This document shows, in pieces, positions 50,199 to 59,223 of a stretch of DNA of 63,890 nucleotides. The stretch's first letter is position 1. Each line of letters starts with the position of its first letter. Origin of the DNA: an uncultured virus (IMG/VR IMGVR_UViG_3300032291_002419) (taxonomy: Duplodnaviria; Heunggongvirae; Uroviricota; Caudoviricetes); the IMG/VR virus record IMGVR_UViG_3300032291_002419; one strand, given 5' to 3'. A model generated the notes under the pieces. The model saw only the letters and a list, made by a program, of their open reading frames with translations. It was not told the DNA's origin and made no database searches. A program made the translations under genes and the position numbers.

Positions 50199-50689
50199 TG
50201 ATTATAGGAGGTGGTGATATAGCATCTATCGTGAATGATAGAGATGGGGCAATATTTTTTTTATCCGGAGTTTCAAATAGTAATGAGACGCGTAATTCGG
50301 AATTCATACGTGAAATTGAATTATTAGAAAAGCAAGATAAACATAAATGTTTATTCTATCTAAGCTCTATTTCATTAGATGATATCCATAAAGTCGATAA
50401 CAATCTCTATCTACAACATAAGAAAAATATGGAATCATTAATTAAAGCCAATTTTGAAAACTATAATATTATCAGAATTGGTAATATATCGTGGGGGTCG
50501 AATCCAAATACTTTTATAAATTATATTAGAAATAAAATAAAAAATGGAGAACCTGTCCAAATCAAAGATGAATATAAATATATGATTGATAAAGAGCAAT
50601 TGATTTTACTAACCGATAATTTGCCATTATTGGGACAAAATACAATAAGTGTTTTTGGTAAAATGGCAAAAGTAAAAGAACTGATATGA
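50198..50689 (+). CDS. Short NAD-dependent epimerase/SDR-like protein
   Basis: IIGGGDIAS, SGVSNS, YLSSIS, YLQHK (YxxxK). Confidence 0.7.
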   Translation: MIIGGGDIASIVNDRDGAIFFLSGVSNSNETRNSEFIREIELLEKQDKHKCLFYLSSISLDDIHKVDNNLYLQHKKNMESLIKANFENYNIIRIGNISWGSNPNTFINYIRNKIKNGEPVQIKDEYKYMIDKEQLILLTDNLPLLGQNTISVFGKMAKVKELI

Positions 50690-51585
50690 TTGAAATAGTA
50701 ATTTGGATATCGCCAACCGATATAGATGATTTAGAAAAATCTTTGAATAGATTAAATATCGGAAAAAATTATTTAACAAAAGAGCAATGTGATAATATAA
50801 AATTCAATGTTGTCATGTGCATTTCCGATGATATAATTGATTGGAATGCAAGTAGTGTTACCCGCAGTGAATGTATTGATTCCTTTTTAAAATTAAAAAA
50901 ATTAACGGATTGGGCGGGTAAGAGCGAATTGACTACATCTACCACTATAAACGGATGTACATCTATGCGAAGATTAGCATCTTATTCGAATTCCAATTAC
51001 TACTTATGGTTAGATACGGATATAATATTTGACCCACAGACTTTGGCACATTCTATAAATTCAATAGAAGTAATTGAAAATAATGGATTTACTAAATTCG
51101 TATCTATACCTGAAATCGTAAGGCAATGGGATTCGACGTGGGATTGTCTAGTGAATAAAAAATTTATAAATAAATCAATTGGGTATCAAGCGATAAATAA
51201 CCCATATATTGATACAATTATAGATAATAATACCTATCCCGAATTGGAAGAGGTTCGTAATACAGTTTCAGGACAACCGTATATGAAATTCGCAGGAGGA
51301 TGGTTTGCACTAATTTCAAAAGAATTATTAAAATCTATACCATTTCCTACAAATTATGGACATTATGGATTAGATGATACCTATCTAATGTGGGGAGCGC
51401 AAGTGCTGCAAGACCCTATGATACGGCAATTTAAAATAAAAAATATTGTAGTTTGTGAAAATTACTATGATAGAATCACTACGTATGATGGAAAAATACA
51501 ATTCATAGATAGGAGAGAGGAATATAAACAATATAATGAACAATTATTTAATATTGGCATAAATAATTTACTAAATACGAAATAA
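50686..51585 (+). CDS. GT2-like glycosyltransferase
   Basis: LWLDTDIIF, GGWFALIS, YGLDDT. Confidence 0.65.
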   Translation: MIEIVIWISPTDIDDLEKSLNRLNIGKNYLTKEQCDNIKFNVVMCISDDIIDWNASSVTRSECIDSFLKLKKLTDWAGKSELTTSTTINGCTSMRRLASYSNSNYYLWLDTDIIFDPQTLAHSINSIEVIENNGFTKFVSIPEIVRQWDSTWDCLVNKKFINKSIGYQAINNPYIDTIIDNNTYPELEEVRNTVSGQPYMKFAGGWFALISKELLKSIPFPTNYGHYGLDDTYLMWGAQVLQDPMIRQFKIKNIVVCENYYDRITTYDGKIQFIDRREEYKQYNEQLFNIGINNLLNTK

Positions 51586-51622
51586 TTTAATATTTATATA
51601 AATACAACCAAAATATTTTAAT

Positions 51623-52240
51623 ATGAAGTTCGAAGTAACGCATCCCAAAATTTGGAAAAAGCTAGCTGAAAAAAAAATGCCGATGAAGCATAAAGTCCAA
51701 ATATACGAAAAATTAGGAGGAGCATATCGTTTAGGCAAAGATGAAGGTGAGCAGGTTTTCAATAAAATGACCGAATTACTTAGAAGCCGAATGAATGAGG
51801 GAGATGAAAAAACACCCGAAGAAACTCTTAGTGGTTTAAAAAATATGGCAATGGGTGATTTGGAAAGAATCGCTGATTATGCAAATATGATTGAAACCCG
51901 AATGAAGGAAGGACAGCAATTAAGTTCTTGGATGTATTCTCAAATCACATTAGCAGTAGACCAATTGAATTCGGTTCACGACGCAATGGATGGTAAAGAT
52001 GGTAAAAGAGAGCCAATAAAAGAATCAAAGAAATACGATATTGGTTCTGGATATATGGGAAATGGTTTAACTATTTGGAATAGAGCAGAAGAAGAGAATC
52101 GTGATTATAAAATAATTGCACATATTTCTCCACAAGGTAAGTTATCTATTAGAGATAAACAATTACCTGCTGATTTAAAGAAGACGTTCCAAATTTGGGC
52201 AGATTCTATGGCTAAAGGTAATATGGGACCTAAATACTAA
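51623..52240 (+). CDS. Modular late protein, probably head-associated
   Basis: Late-type motif at 51590-51598; modules separated by MNE/IKE sites. Confidence 0.5.
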   Translation: MKFEVTHPKIWKKLAEKKMPMKHKVQIYEKLGGAYRLGKDEGEQVFNKMTELLRSRMNEGDEKTPEETLSGLKNMAMGDLERIADYANMIETRMKEGQQLSSWMYSQITLAVDQLNSVHDAMDGKDGKREPIKESKKYDIGSGYMGNGLTIWNRAEEENRDYKIIAHISPQGKLSIRDKQLPADLKKTFQIWADSMAKGNMGPKY

Positions 52241-52247
52241 TAAAACT

Positions 52248-52553
52248 ATGGAAAACGTATATTCAGTATTAATAACCGCTATCAGTATATTAGGAGGAGG
52301 AGCAGCTTGGAGATTTTACGAAAAACGAGCAGTGAATCGAGAAAAAGATGAAGAGTTCATTAGACACGATTGTAAAGATAGAATTTCAAAATTAGAAGCA
52401 CTATTGGATACATCATCAAAAGAAAAAGATGAATTACGTAATATGGTATTAGGCCTTACTAAAGAAGTAGCAGCACTAACAGTTAAAGTTGAATATTTGA
52501 CATTAGAAAACCGAAAATTATCAGCAAATGGTAAATCACTATTATATGATTAA
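52248..52553 (+). CDS. Membrane-anchored coiled-coil protein (holin-like)
   Basis: N-terminal TM helix (VLITAISILGGGAAW) followed by a coiled coil. Confidence 0.5.
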   Translation: MENVYSVLITAISILGGGAAWRFYEKRAVNREKDEEFIRHDCKDRISKLEALLDTSSKEKDELRNMVLGLTKEVAALTVKVEYLTLENRKLSANGKSLLYD

Positions 52554-52570
52554 AAATAATCATTAAAATA

Positions 52571-52602
52571 TTTGTTTATTTCAAATAAATTATGTATATT
52601 TG
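52571..52602 (+). promoter_or_regulatory. Bacteroidota-type promoter
   Basis: TTTG-N20-TATATTTG. Confidence 0.65.
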
Positions 52603-52605
52603 TAT

Positions 52606-52692
52606 ATGAAAAGAAAGCCCCTATTTTTAGAAAATAAAAAACTACGTGTGTATGGATTACAAAAAACATTATGTCAATTTAATACAAAGTAG
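52606..52692 (+). pseudogene. Abandoned 5' stub of the HAD phosphatase at 53236
   Basis: MKRKPLFLENKKLRV|YGLQ...* vs MPLARTIFTENKKLRV|FDFDD. Confidence 0.75.
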
Positions 52693-53245
52693 AATTGATA
52701 GAAATATTAAAACCGATGTTTATTACGAAAAACATCATATAGTACCAAAATGTTGGGGAGGTACTAATTTAAAAAATAATATAATACATCTTACTGCTAG
52801 AGAGCACTATATAGCACATTGGTTGCTTCATAGAATGAGACCAAATTCAACTGGAACAGCTTTGGCATTTTGGAAGATGACATTCTCCGGTGGTAAATTC
52901 TTAGAAAAAAGAGATTATAAGATATCATCAAGAATGTATGCGGAGGCTAAAGAAGCTATGGCAAATGCTAATAGAAAACTAAACACAGGTAAAAAAGTAA
53001 AAGCACATCATTTGGTTAAGTGGACTAAAAATAAAAATAATTCAAAAGTAATTGTTAATATAAAAACCGGGGAGGAATTTTCAAACTCAAAACAATTATG
53101 GAAAGATAGATATCAATCATATGTAACTTACTCAGCTTTTAATTATTATTTAAGAGGAAAAATAAAAGGTACATACACAAATCGTAAATGTAATAATCCT
53201 GATATTTATAATTGGAAATATAAAAATGAAACAAAATGCCATTAG
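52652..53245 (+). mobile_element. Free-standing HNH homing endonuclease (same family as 25849)
   Basis: YYEKHHIVPKCWGGTN...NIIHLTAREHYIAHWLL. Confidence 0.88.
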
Positions 53246-53763
53246 CAAGAACGATATTTACAGAAAATAAAAAATTGAGAGTGTTTGATTTTGATGATGT
53301 TTTAGTTAAAACTAACTCATTTATATACATTACTCATAAAGACGGTAAGAAATCAAAACTAACACCAGGACAATACGCAATTTATAAAGAACAACCTGGC
53401 GATAAATTCGACTACACAGATTTCCAACAGGTAACGAATCCAAAGATTATTAAAGCATATGTGGAGTTATTACGGAGAATGGTTAATAGTGGGGGTAGCA
53501 GGGAAGTGTATATATTAACGGCTAGAGCGGCTGAGAAACCCGTATCCAATTTTATAAAAGATTTAGGAATATTCGGCGTAACGGTGGTAGCATTGGGTGA
53601 TAATAATCCCGAAAAGAAAGCCGATTGGATTGAAGATAAAGTAAAAGCTGGATATAATGATATATTTTTTATAGATGATTCTGAAAAAAATATAAACGCA
53701 GTTAAAAATAGATTAAAGAAATACGATATCAAACAAAAAATTCAACAAGTAAAACACTTTTGA
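53236..53763 (+). CDS. HAD-superfamily phosphatase
   Basis: VFDFDDVLV, ILTAR, KK, FIDDSEKN. Confidence 0.88.
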   Translation: MPLARTIFTENKKLRVFDFDDVLVKTNSFIYITHKDGKKSKLTPGQYAIYKEQPGDKFDYTDFQQVTNPKIIKAYVELLRRMVNSGGSREVYILTARAAEKPVSNFIKDLGIFGVTVVALGDNNPEKKADWIEDKVKAGYNDIFFIDDSEKNINAVKNRLKKYDIKQKIQQVKHF

Positions 53764-53794
53764 ATATCTTACACTAAACGGTTACAAAAATAAT

Positions 53795-54244
53795 ATGGCA
53801 ATTTATCTATTTACAGGTCAACCTGATACTGGCAAAGCTGCATTGGCTAAGAAATTACATTATTGGTTACAAGCTGATAAAAAAAACTGGCGTAAATCCG
53901 TATTTCATATAGATGAGAATAAAACGAGAGAAATATTTGCAAATACCGATTATACTAAGGAGGGTGAAATTCACAACATCACAAAAATATTTGATTTGGC
54001 AAAGTATTTAGATAACTACGGTAATGATGTAGTGATTAGTATGGTTTCACCATATAGGGAGTTGCGAGAGAAATTTAAATCGGAATGCAAAGTACAAGAA
54101 ATTTATTGCTACAATAAGAAAATGCGAGGAAATGAATCTACAATAGTATTGGATTACGAACCACCAATACAATTCTATATACCATTAGACACATCCGCAT
54201 CTATTGATGATACTTTTGTAAAATTAATGAAAATGATTGTATAG
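53795..54244 (+). CDS. Adenylylsulfate-kinase-like P-loop protein (degenerate Walker A)
   Basis: LFTGQPDTGKAALA, VISMVSPYRELR, DYEPP. Confidence 0.7.
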   Translation: MAIYLFTGQPDTGKAALAKKLHYWLQADKKNWRKSVFHIDENKTREIFANTDYTKEGEIHNITKIFDLAKYLDNYGNDVVISMVSPYRELREKFKSECKVQEIYCYNKKMRGNESTIVLDYEPPIQFYIPLDTSASIDDTFVKLMKMIV

Positions 54245-54290
54245 AAATATTAATTTTTAATATTTATAGTATATCAAAATAAAGTTACAC

Positions 54291-54878
54291 ATGGAAATTG
54301 AAAACGAAGAAGAGTTTTTTCCGAATCTACATGAACCCATTACCAAACGAGGATTGGGGGCAAAAATAATTTTAGAATCACAAATCAAAGCCGCACAAGC
54401 GAACGCCAAATCGGCTGGAGAAGCCGCTAGAATATTGGGCATAGCATACAATACTTATAAGAAGTATTCGCAATTATATGGCATATTTGATGATTTAAAA
54501 AATCCACATGGGCGTGGGATTAGTAAATCATTTGGACCAAGAATGAAGAAATATCCTGCGGAAGAATTATTAGAAGGATTGCATAGTGAAATTCCACTAT
54601 GGAAATATAAAAACAAAATATTTCAAAGTGGATTAGTTCCGGAAGTATGTAGTTGTTGTGGATATTCGGAAAAACGATTTACAGATAATAAAACTCCAAT
54701 AATTTTAGATTTTTTAGATGGGAATTTAGAGAATAGACACATTGATAATGTTAGAGCACTATGTTATAATTGTTATTTCTTATTAGCCGGTGATAATAGA
54801 ATTAAAATTAAAAAGATACCATTAAGACGACCGTATCATACAGACGATGTTAGTATAGATGAACAGTTGCAGGACTAG
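54291..54878 (+). CDS. HTH + zinc-binding HNH-like protein
   Basis: SAGEAARILGIAYNTYKKY; CSCCG...LDFLDGN..N....N...LCYNC. Confidence 0.65.
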   Translation: MEIENEEEFFPNLHEPITKRGLGAKIILESQIKAAQANAKSAGEAARILGIAYNTYKKYSQLYGIFDDLKNPHGRGISKSFGPRMKKYPAEELLEGLHSEIPLWKYKNKIFQSGLVPEVCSCCGYSEKRFTDNKTPIILDFLDGNLENRHIDNVRALCYNCYFLLAGDNRIKIKKIPLRRPYHTDDVSIDEQLQD

Positions 54879-54896
54879 TTTAAAAATTAAAGAGTT

Positions 54897-55097
54897 ATGA
54901 GTAAACCGGTTATTAAAGAAAATTCCACAAATATAAAATCTCTAAGAAAATTCGAATATACCTATGGAGACGCGGATTGCACATCAATTTGGAAATATGA
55001 TTTGGATAAATCTCCCAATGGACCAATTTCGGTTGAAATTAAATGCACGTCAAAATATCTAAAAGAAGAAGAACTTAGAAAAAAAAGAGGTAGATAA
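54897..55097 (+). CDS. Hypothetical protein
   Basis: 66-aa ORF. Confidence 0.5.
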   Translation: MSKPVIKENSTNIKSLRKFEYTYGDADCTSIWKYDLDKSPNGPISVEIKCTSKYLKEEELRKKRGR

Positions 55098-55129
55098 TTT
55101 GGTAATTTTAAAAAATATTCGTAAATTTG
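55098..55129 (+). promoter_or_regulatory. Bacteroidota-type promoter for the TonB-dependent receptor
   Basis: TTTG-N20-TAAATTTG. Confidence 0.65.
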
Positions 55130-55286
55130 TTTAATTAAAATTCAAAACTATGGTTAATATGAGAGATGCTATCTTTCAAATAAAAAAACAATTTTGGTAA
55201 ATACTCTAAAAGAATTTACAAACAGACCGGATACTCGGTAATATATTTTTAACAATTAAACAATTTTTTAACAAAACAAAAACAGT

Positions 55287-58200
55287 ATGAAAAAAACGAT
55301 TCTATCGTTAATCCTTATGACAATTGGATTTATGGGATTTGGACAAATCACCTCATCTTCAATTTCAGGAATTGTAAAGGATGAAAAAAATGAAGTTTTG
55401 GTTGGAGCAACAATCCAAGCAGTTCACACGCCGACTGGAACGAAGTATGCAGCGTTTACAAATAAGTTTGGAACATACGCATTACCTGCGGTTAGAGTAG
55501 GAGGGCCCTACACAATTCAAGCTACCTTTTTAGGAAAAAAAATGGATGTGGCTAGAGATGTTACCGCTCAACTGGGTATAACATCAAATATCAATTTTAA
55601 ATTAATCGAAGACGGCAAAACGTTGGATGAATTGGTTGTATCATCTCCTCAAAACAATCTTATATCGAGAGAAAGAACAGGAGCATCCCAACAATTTACA
55701 CGTAGAGATTTACAATCAATTCCAATTACCGGAGCAAGAACAATCGATGGTATTACTAAATACAATCCAAATGGAAATGGTAGTTCATTCGGAGCACAAG
55801 ATTCTCGTTTGAATAACTTTACAATTGATGGTTCGCAATTTAACAATGGGTTTGGATTGGGTTCATCGGCACAAGCGGGTGGTAGAACCGGCGCATCTGC
55901 TATTTCTTTAGATGCAATCGACCAACTTCAACTCAATATTGCACCATTTGATATTCGTCAAAGTGGATTTACGGGAGCAGGTATTAACGCAGTTACTAGA
56001 AGTGGAACAAATGAAGTGGAAGGTTCTGTATATCAGACGCAGAGAAACAATAGTTCTACATACGTTGGTAGTATGGCAAGAGGCACGGAAGTAACTTCAT
56101 CTAAATTCGATGAAACAGTTAGAGGTTTTCGATTAGGTGCACCGATTATTAAAAACAAATTATTTATTTTTGGTAATTATGAAGAACTTGGTAGAACGGA
56201 GCCTGGAACAACTTGGATATCCACCGGTTCACCATTGACAGGTTCGCAAATTAGTAGACCAACGTTTCAACAATTAAGCGACCTTTCTACATTTATGAAA
56301 GATAAATTTAATTATGAAACAGGTCCATTTGAAGGATATTCTAATGCAAATACATCAAATAAGTTTTTAATTAGATTAGATTGGAATATCAATGATAAGC
56401 ATAAACTAACTACTAGGTATGTTTTCCACAATTCAAATGCAGAAATTAATATTTCGAATTCAACATCAGCCGGATTTGGTAATAGGACAGGAAATCAAAA
56501 CGCAATGAGTTTTCAGAATAGTGGATATACTATTATGGATAACACTCGTTCTTATGTATTGGAATTAAATTCCAAATTATCAAATACGTTACATAATGAC
56601 TTGATAGTTGGATATGATAGGCAAATCGAAGATAGGGGATATCGTTCGCAAATGTTTCCAACAATAGATATTAAAGATGGAGCAACAACACTTACATCGG
56701 TTGGATTTGACCCGTTTACTCCAGGAAATAAATTAGATTACAATACATTCCACATTACGAATAATTTAACAAAATACGCAAATAAGCATACGTTAACTAT
56801 TGGTTTTAATGGGGAAGCATACCAATCTAATAATTTATTCTACCCAGCATCAAATGGTGTTTATATTTTCAATAGTTTGGATGATTTCTATACCGCAGCT
56901 AATCAATCATTGGCAAACAACGGTGCACCATCCACATTTACACCAGCTAGATTTCAATTTCGTTATTCAGCATTGCCCGGAGCAGTTGACCCGATACAAA
57001 CTTTACAAACATATAGAATAGATTTATATGGACAAGATGAGTTTCAAGCCAATGAGAAGTTAAAATTAACTTTGGGATTAAGAACAGCAACAATTGGATT
57101 TAATCAGACCGCATTAGAAAATCCAGCAGTTACTGCGATGACATTCGCTAATGGTGAAAAATTTAATACCGGTAGATTACCAAAGACGCAAACATTATTA
57201 GAACCTCGTTTTGGATTTAATTATGATGTATTCGGTGATAGTAAAACCCAATTTAGAGGTGGTAGTGGTATATTTACTGGCAGACCACCATATGTATTCA
57301 TATCCAATCAAGTGGGTAATAATGGAGTATTAACTGGATATGTTGATGTGAGTGGAGCAGCGGCTACGCCATATGGATTTACTACAAATCCAAATAAATA
57401 TTTTATTCCAGATACACCAACATTACCAACCACATTTGACTTAGCATTTACAGATGAGAATTATAAATTTCCGCAAGCATGGAAAACTAATATTGCAATT
57501 GACCAAAAATTGCCATTTGGATTTATCGGAACTGCTGAATTTATTACAAATAAGAGTTTAAACGCAGTTCACTATTATAGCGCTAACTTAGATGCACCAA
57601 TTGGAAAGTTTGTAGGAGTTGATAATAGAAATGCATATGCGAGAAATGATAACGGTGTTAGAATTAATGATAACGTTTCAAATGCTGTTGTATTAACTAA
57701 TAAAAGTGATGCAGTATTTAATTCATTGACATTGAAATTAGAATATCCATATAAAAAGGGAGTATTTGGTTCATTTGCATGGACAACTTCGACCGCAGTT
57801 GATTATATGAGTGCGGGTTCAATCGCTAGTGGGTCTTGGACCGGCGCGAGAAGTGTAGATGGTAACAATAGTTTATTATTATCTAATTCAGATTTCTTAT
57901 CACCCAATAGATTAGTTGGATTGATGGGTTATAAATTGGAATATGGTAAAGGTATGGGTGGTGCAACTTCATTCACATTGGGATATGTTGGCAACCAAGG
58001 TTCACCATTTTCGTATAACATCGCAGGTGATATGAATGGGGATAGAATTCCCAATAATGAGTTGATATTCATACCGAAAAATGGTTCTGATATCAAATTC
58101 GCACCATTGGCGGTTGGAAGTAGAACGTATTCGGAAGCTGAACAACAAGCGGCATTTGAATCGTATATACAACAAGATGCATATTTATCATCACACAGAG

Positions 58201-58556
58201 GCGAATATGCAGAAAGAAACGGTTCATTTTTACCAATGTTACATAGATTTGACTTATCAGTAGTTCAAGACATTTATGTAAAAGTTAAAGGTAAGAAAAA
58301 TACCATTCAAATTAGAGCAGATATTTTGAACTTTGGCAATATGTTAAATGATAGTTGGGGAGTTTCGCAAAGAGCAACGAATCCATCAATCTTAAACTAT
58401 TCAACTACAACGAATGGAGAGCCAGTGTATAAATTGGCAACTCAGAAATTAGTAGATGGTTCTACCACATTAATTAAAGATACACATCAATATAATTCAT
58501 CGGTATTCGATGTATGGACTGCACAATTAGGAGTTCGTTATATTTTTGGAAAATAA
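55287..58556 (+). CDS. TonB-dependent outer-membrane receptor (Oar-like, carboxypeptidase-regulatory N-domain)
   Basis: Signal peptide ending FG|Q; ISGIVKDE..LVGATI; LDELVV TonB box; plug NNFTIDG...SGFTGAGINAVTRSGTN; barrel EPRFGFNYD; terminal QLGVRYIF. Confidence 0.92.
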   Translation: MKKTILSLILMTIGFMGFGQITSSSISGIVKDEKNEVLVGATIQAVHTPTGTKYAAFTNKFGTYALPAVRVGGPYTIQATFLGKKMDVARDVTAQLGITSNINFKLIEDGKTLDELVVSSPQNNLISRERTGASQQFTRRDLQSIPITGARTIDGITKYNPNGNGSSFGAQDSRLNNFTIDGSQFNNGFGLGSSAQAGGRTGASAISLDAIDQLQLNIAPFDIRQSGFTGAGINAVTRSGTNEVEGSVYQTQRNNSSTYVGSMARGTEVTSSKFDETVRGFRLGAPIIKNKLFIFGNYEELGRTEPGTTWISTGSPLTGSQISRPTFQQLSDLSTFMKDKFNYETGPFEGYSNANTSNKFLIRLDWNINDKHKLTTRYVFHNSNAEINISNSTSAGFGNRTGNQNAMSFQNSGYTIMDNTRSYVLELNSKLSNTLHNDLIVGYDRQIEDRGYRSQMFPTIDIKDGATTLTSVGFDPFTPGNKLDYNTFHITNNLTKYANKHTLTIGFNGEAYQSNNLFYPASNGVYIFNSLDDFYTAANQSLANNGAPSTFTPARFQFRYSALPGAVDPIQTLQTYRIDLYGQDEFQANEKLKLTLGLRTATIGFNQTALENPAVTAMTFANGEKFNTGRLPKTQTLLEPRFGFNYDVFGDSKTQFRGGSGIFTGRPPYVFISNQVGNNGVLTGYVDVSGAAATPYGFTTNPNKYFIPDTPTLPTTFDLAFTDENYKFPQAWKTNIAIDQKLPFGFIGTAEFITNKSLNAVHYYSANLDAPIGKFVGVDNRNAYARNDNGVRINDNVSNAVVLTNKSDAVFNSLTLKLEYPYKKGVFGSFAWTTSTAVDYMSAGSIASGSWTGARSVDGNNSLLLSNSDFLSPNRLVGLMGYKLEYGKGMGGATSFTLGYVGNQGSPFSYNIAGDMNGDRIPNNELIFIPKNGSDIKFAPLAVGSRTYSEAEQQAAFESYIQQDAYLSSHRGEYAERNGSFLPMLHRFDLSVVQDIYVKVKGKKNTIQIRADILNFGNMLNDSWGVSQRATNPSILNYSTTTNGEPVYKLATQKLVDGSTTLIKDTHQYNSSVFDVWTAQLGVRYIFGK

Positions 58557-58574
58557 AATTAAATGAAGTAAATT

Positions 58575-58606
58575 AAATGGGAGAAGAAATTCTTCCATTT
58601 TTTTTT
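58575..58606 (+). terminator. Intrinsic terminator after the receptor gene
   Basis: AAATGGGAGAA-GAAA-TTCTTCCATTT + T-tract. Confidence 0.8.
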
Positions 58607-58635
58607 GGTAATTTGAAAAAATATTCGTATATTTG
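58604..58635 (+). promoter_or_regulatory. Bacteroidota-type promoter
   Basis: TTTG-N20-TATATTTG. Confidence 0.75.
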
Positions 58636-58668
58636 TAAAAATAAATAATAATTAATAAATAAACAGTT

Positions 58669-58875
58669 ATGGCAAAGTATTATTCTGTATTAGTTGCAGT
58701 AGAAGTAGAAGATGCGAAGGGTAAAGTAAAAAAGAACAAAGAAAACTATTTAGTTGATGCGCTATCGGTAACAGAAGCAGAAGCTAAGTTGGTGAAAAAA
58801 TTCGTAGCAGATGGGGTAAGATTGGAGTATGAAGTTGTTCGTGTTATGGAAACAAAAATATTAGAAGTATTTTAA
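58669..58875 (+). CDS. DUF4494-like protein (Bacteroidota family)
   Basis: GKVKKNKENYLVDALSVTEAEAKL. Confidence 0.7.
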   Translation: MAKYYSVLVAVEVEDAKGKVKKNKENYLVDALSVTEAEAKLVKKFVADGVRLEYEVVRVMETKILEVF

Positions 58876-58876
58876 T

Positions 58877-59116
58877 ATGGAAACACATCCTAAAGAAGAA
58901 AAACAGATTGCTCTTAGAAGAGTTCCGCCTGGCGATAAATGGGTGTTTGATAAAACGCCAAACGAGATATATCCAACTCTTACAGATGCATTAGAAGCTT
59001 GGTATCAAGTATACGATGATACTGAATTTTATATTGATGCGAGGGAAGGGACGGTCGAAGTTGTGGGTATAATGGAAGTTCCTATAAAAAGATTTTCACT
59101 ATATGGCGAAGATTGA
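58877..59116 (+). CDS. Hypothetical protein
   Basis: 79-aa ORF. Confidence 0.5.
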   Translation: METHPKEEKQIALRRVPPGDKWVFDKTPNEIYPTLTDALEAWYQVYDDTEFYIDAREGTVEVVGIMEVPIKRFSLYGED

Positions 59117-59223
59117 ATTAATAATTTTTAATTCATAAAATTTTATTTTTATGTATTTAACTTTAACTAAAATTTTTTATATTTATATTTAATTAAAACG
59201 TTTAATAAAACAAAACAAAAATT

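Noticed and set aside
53795..54244. Sulfur-assimilation auxiliary gene cysC
   Set aside because: The P-loop is degenerate and no other sulfur genes are present, so no gene symbol was assigned.
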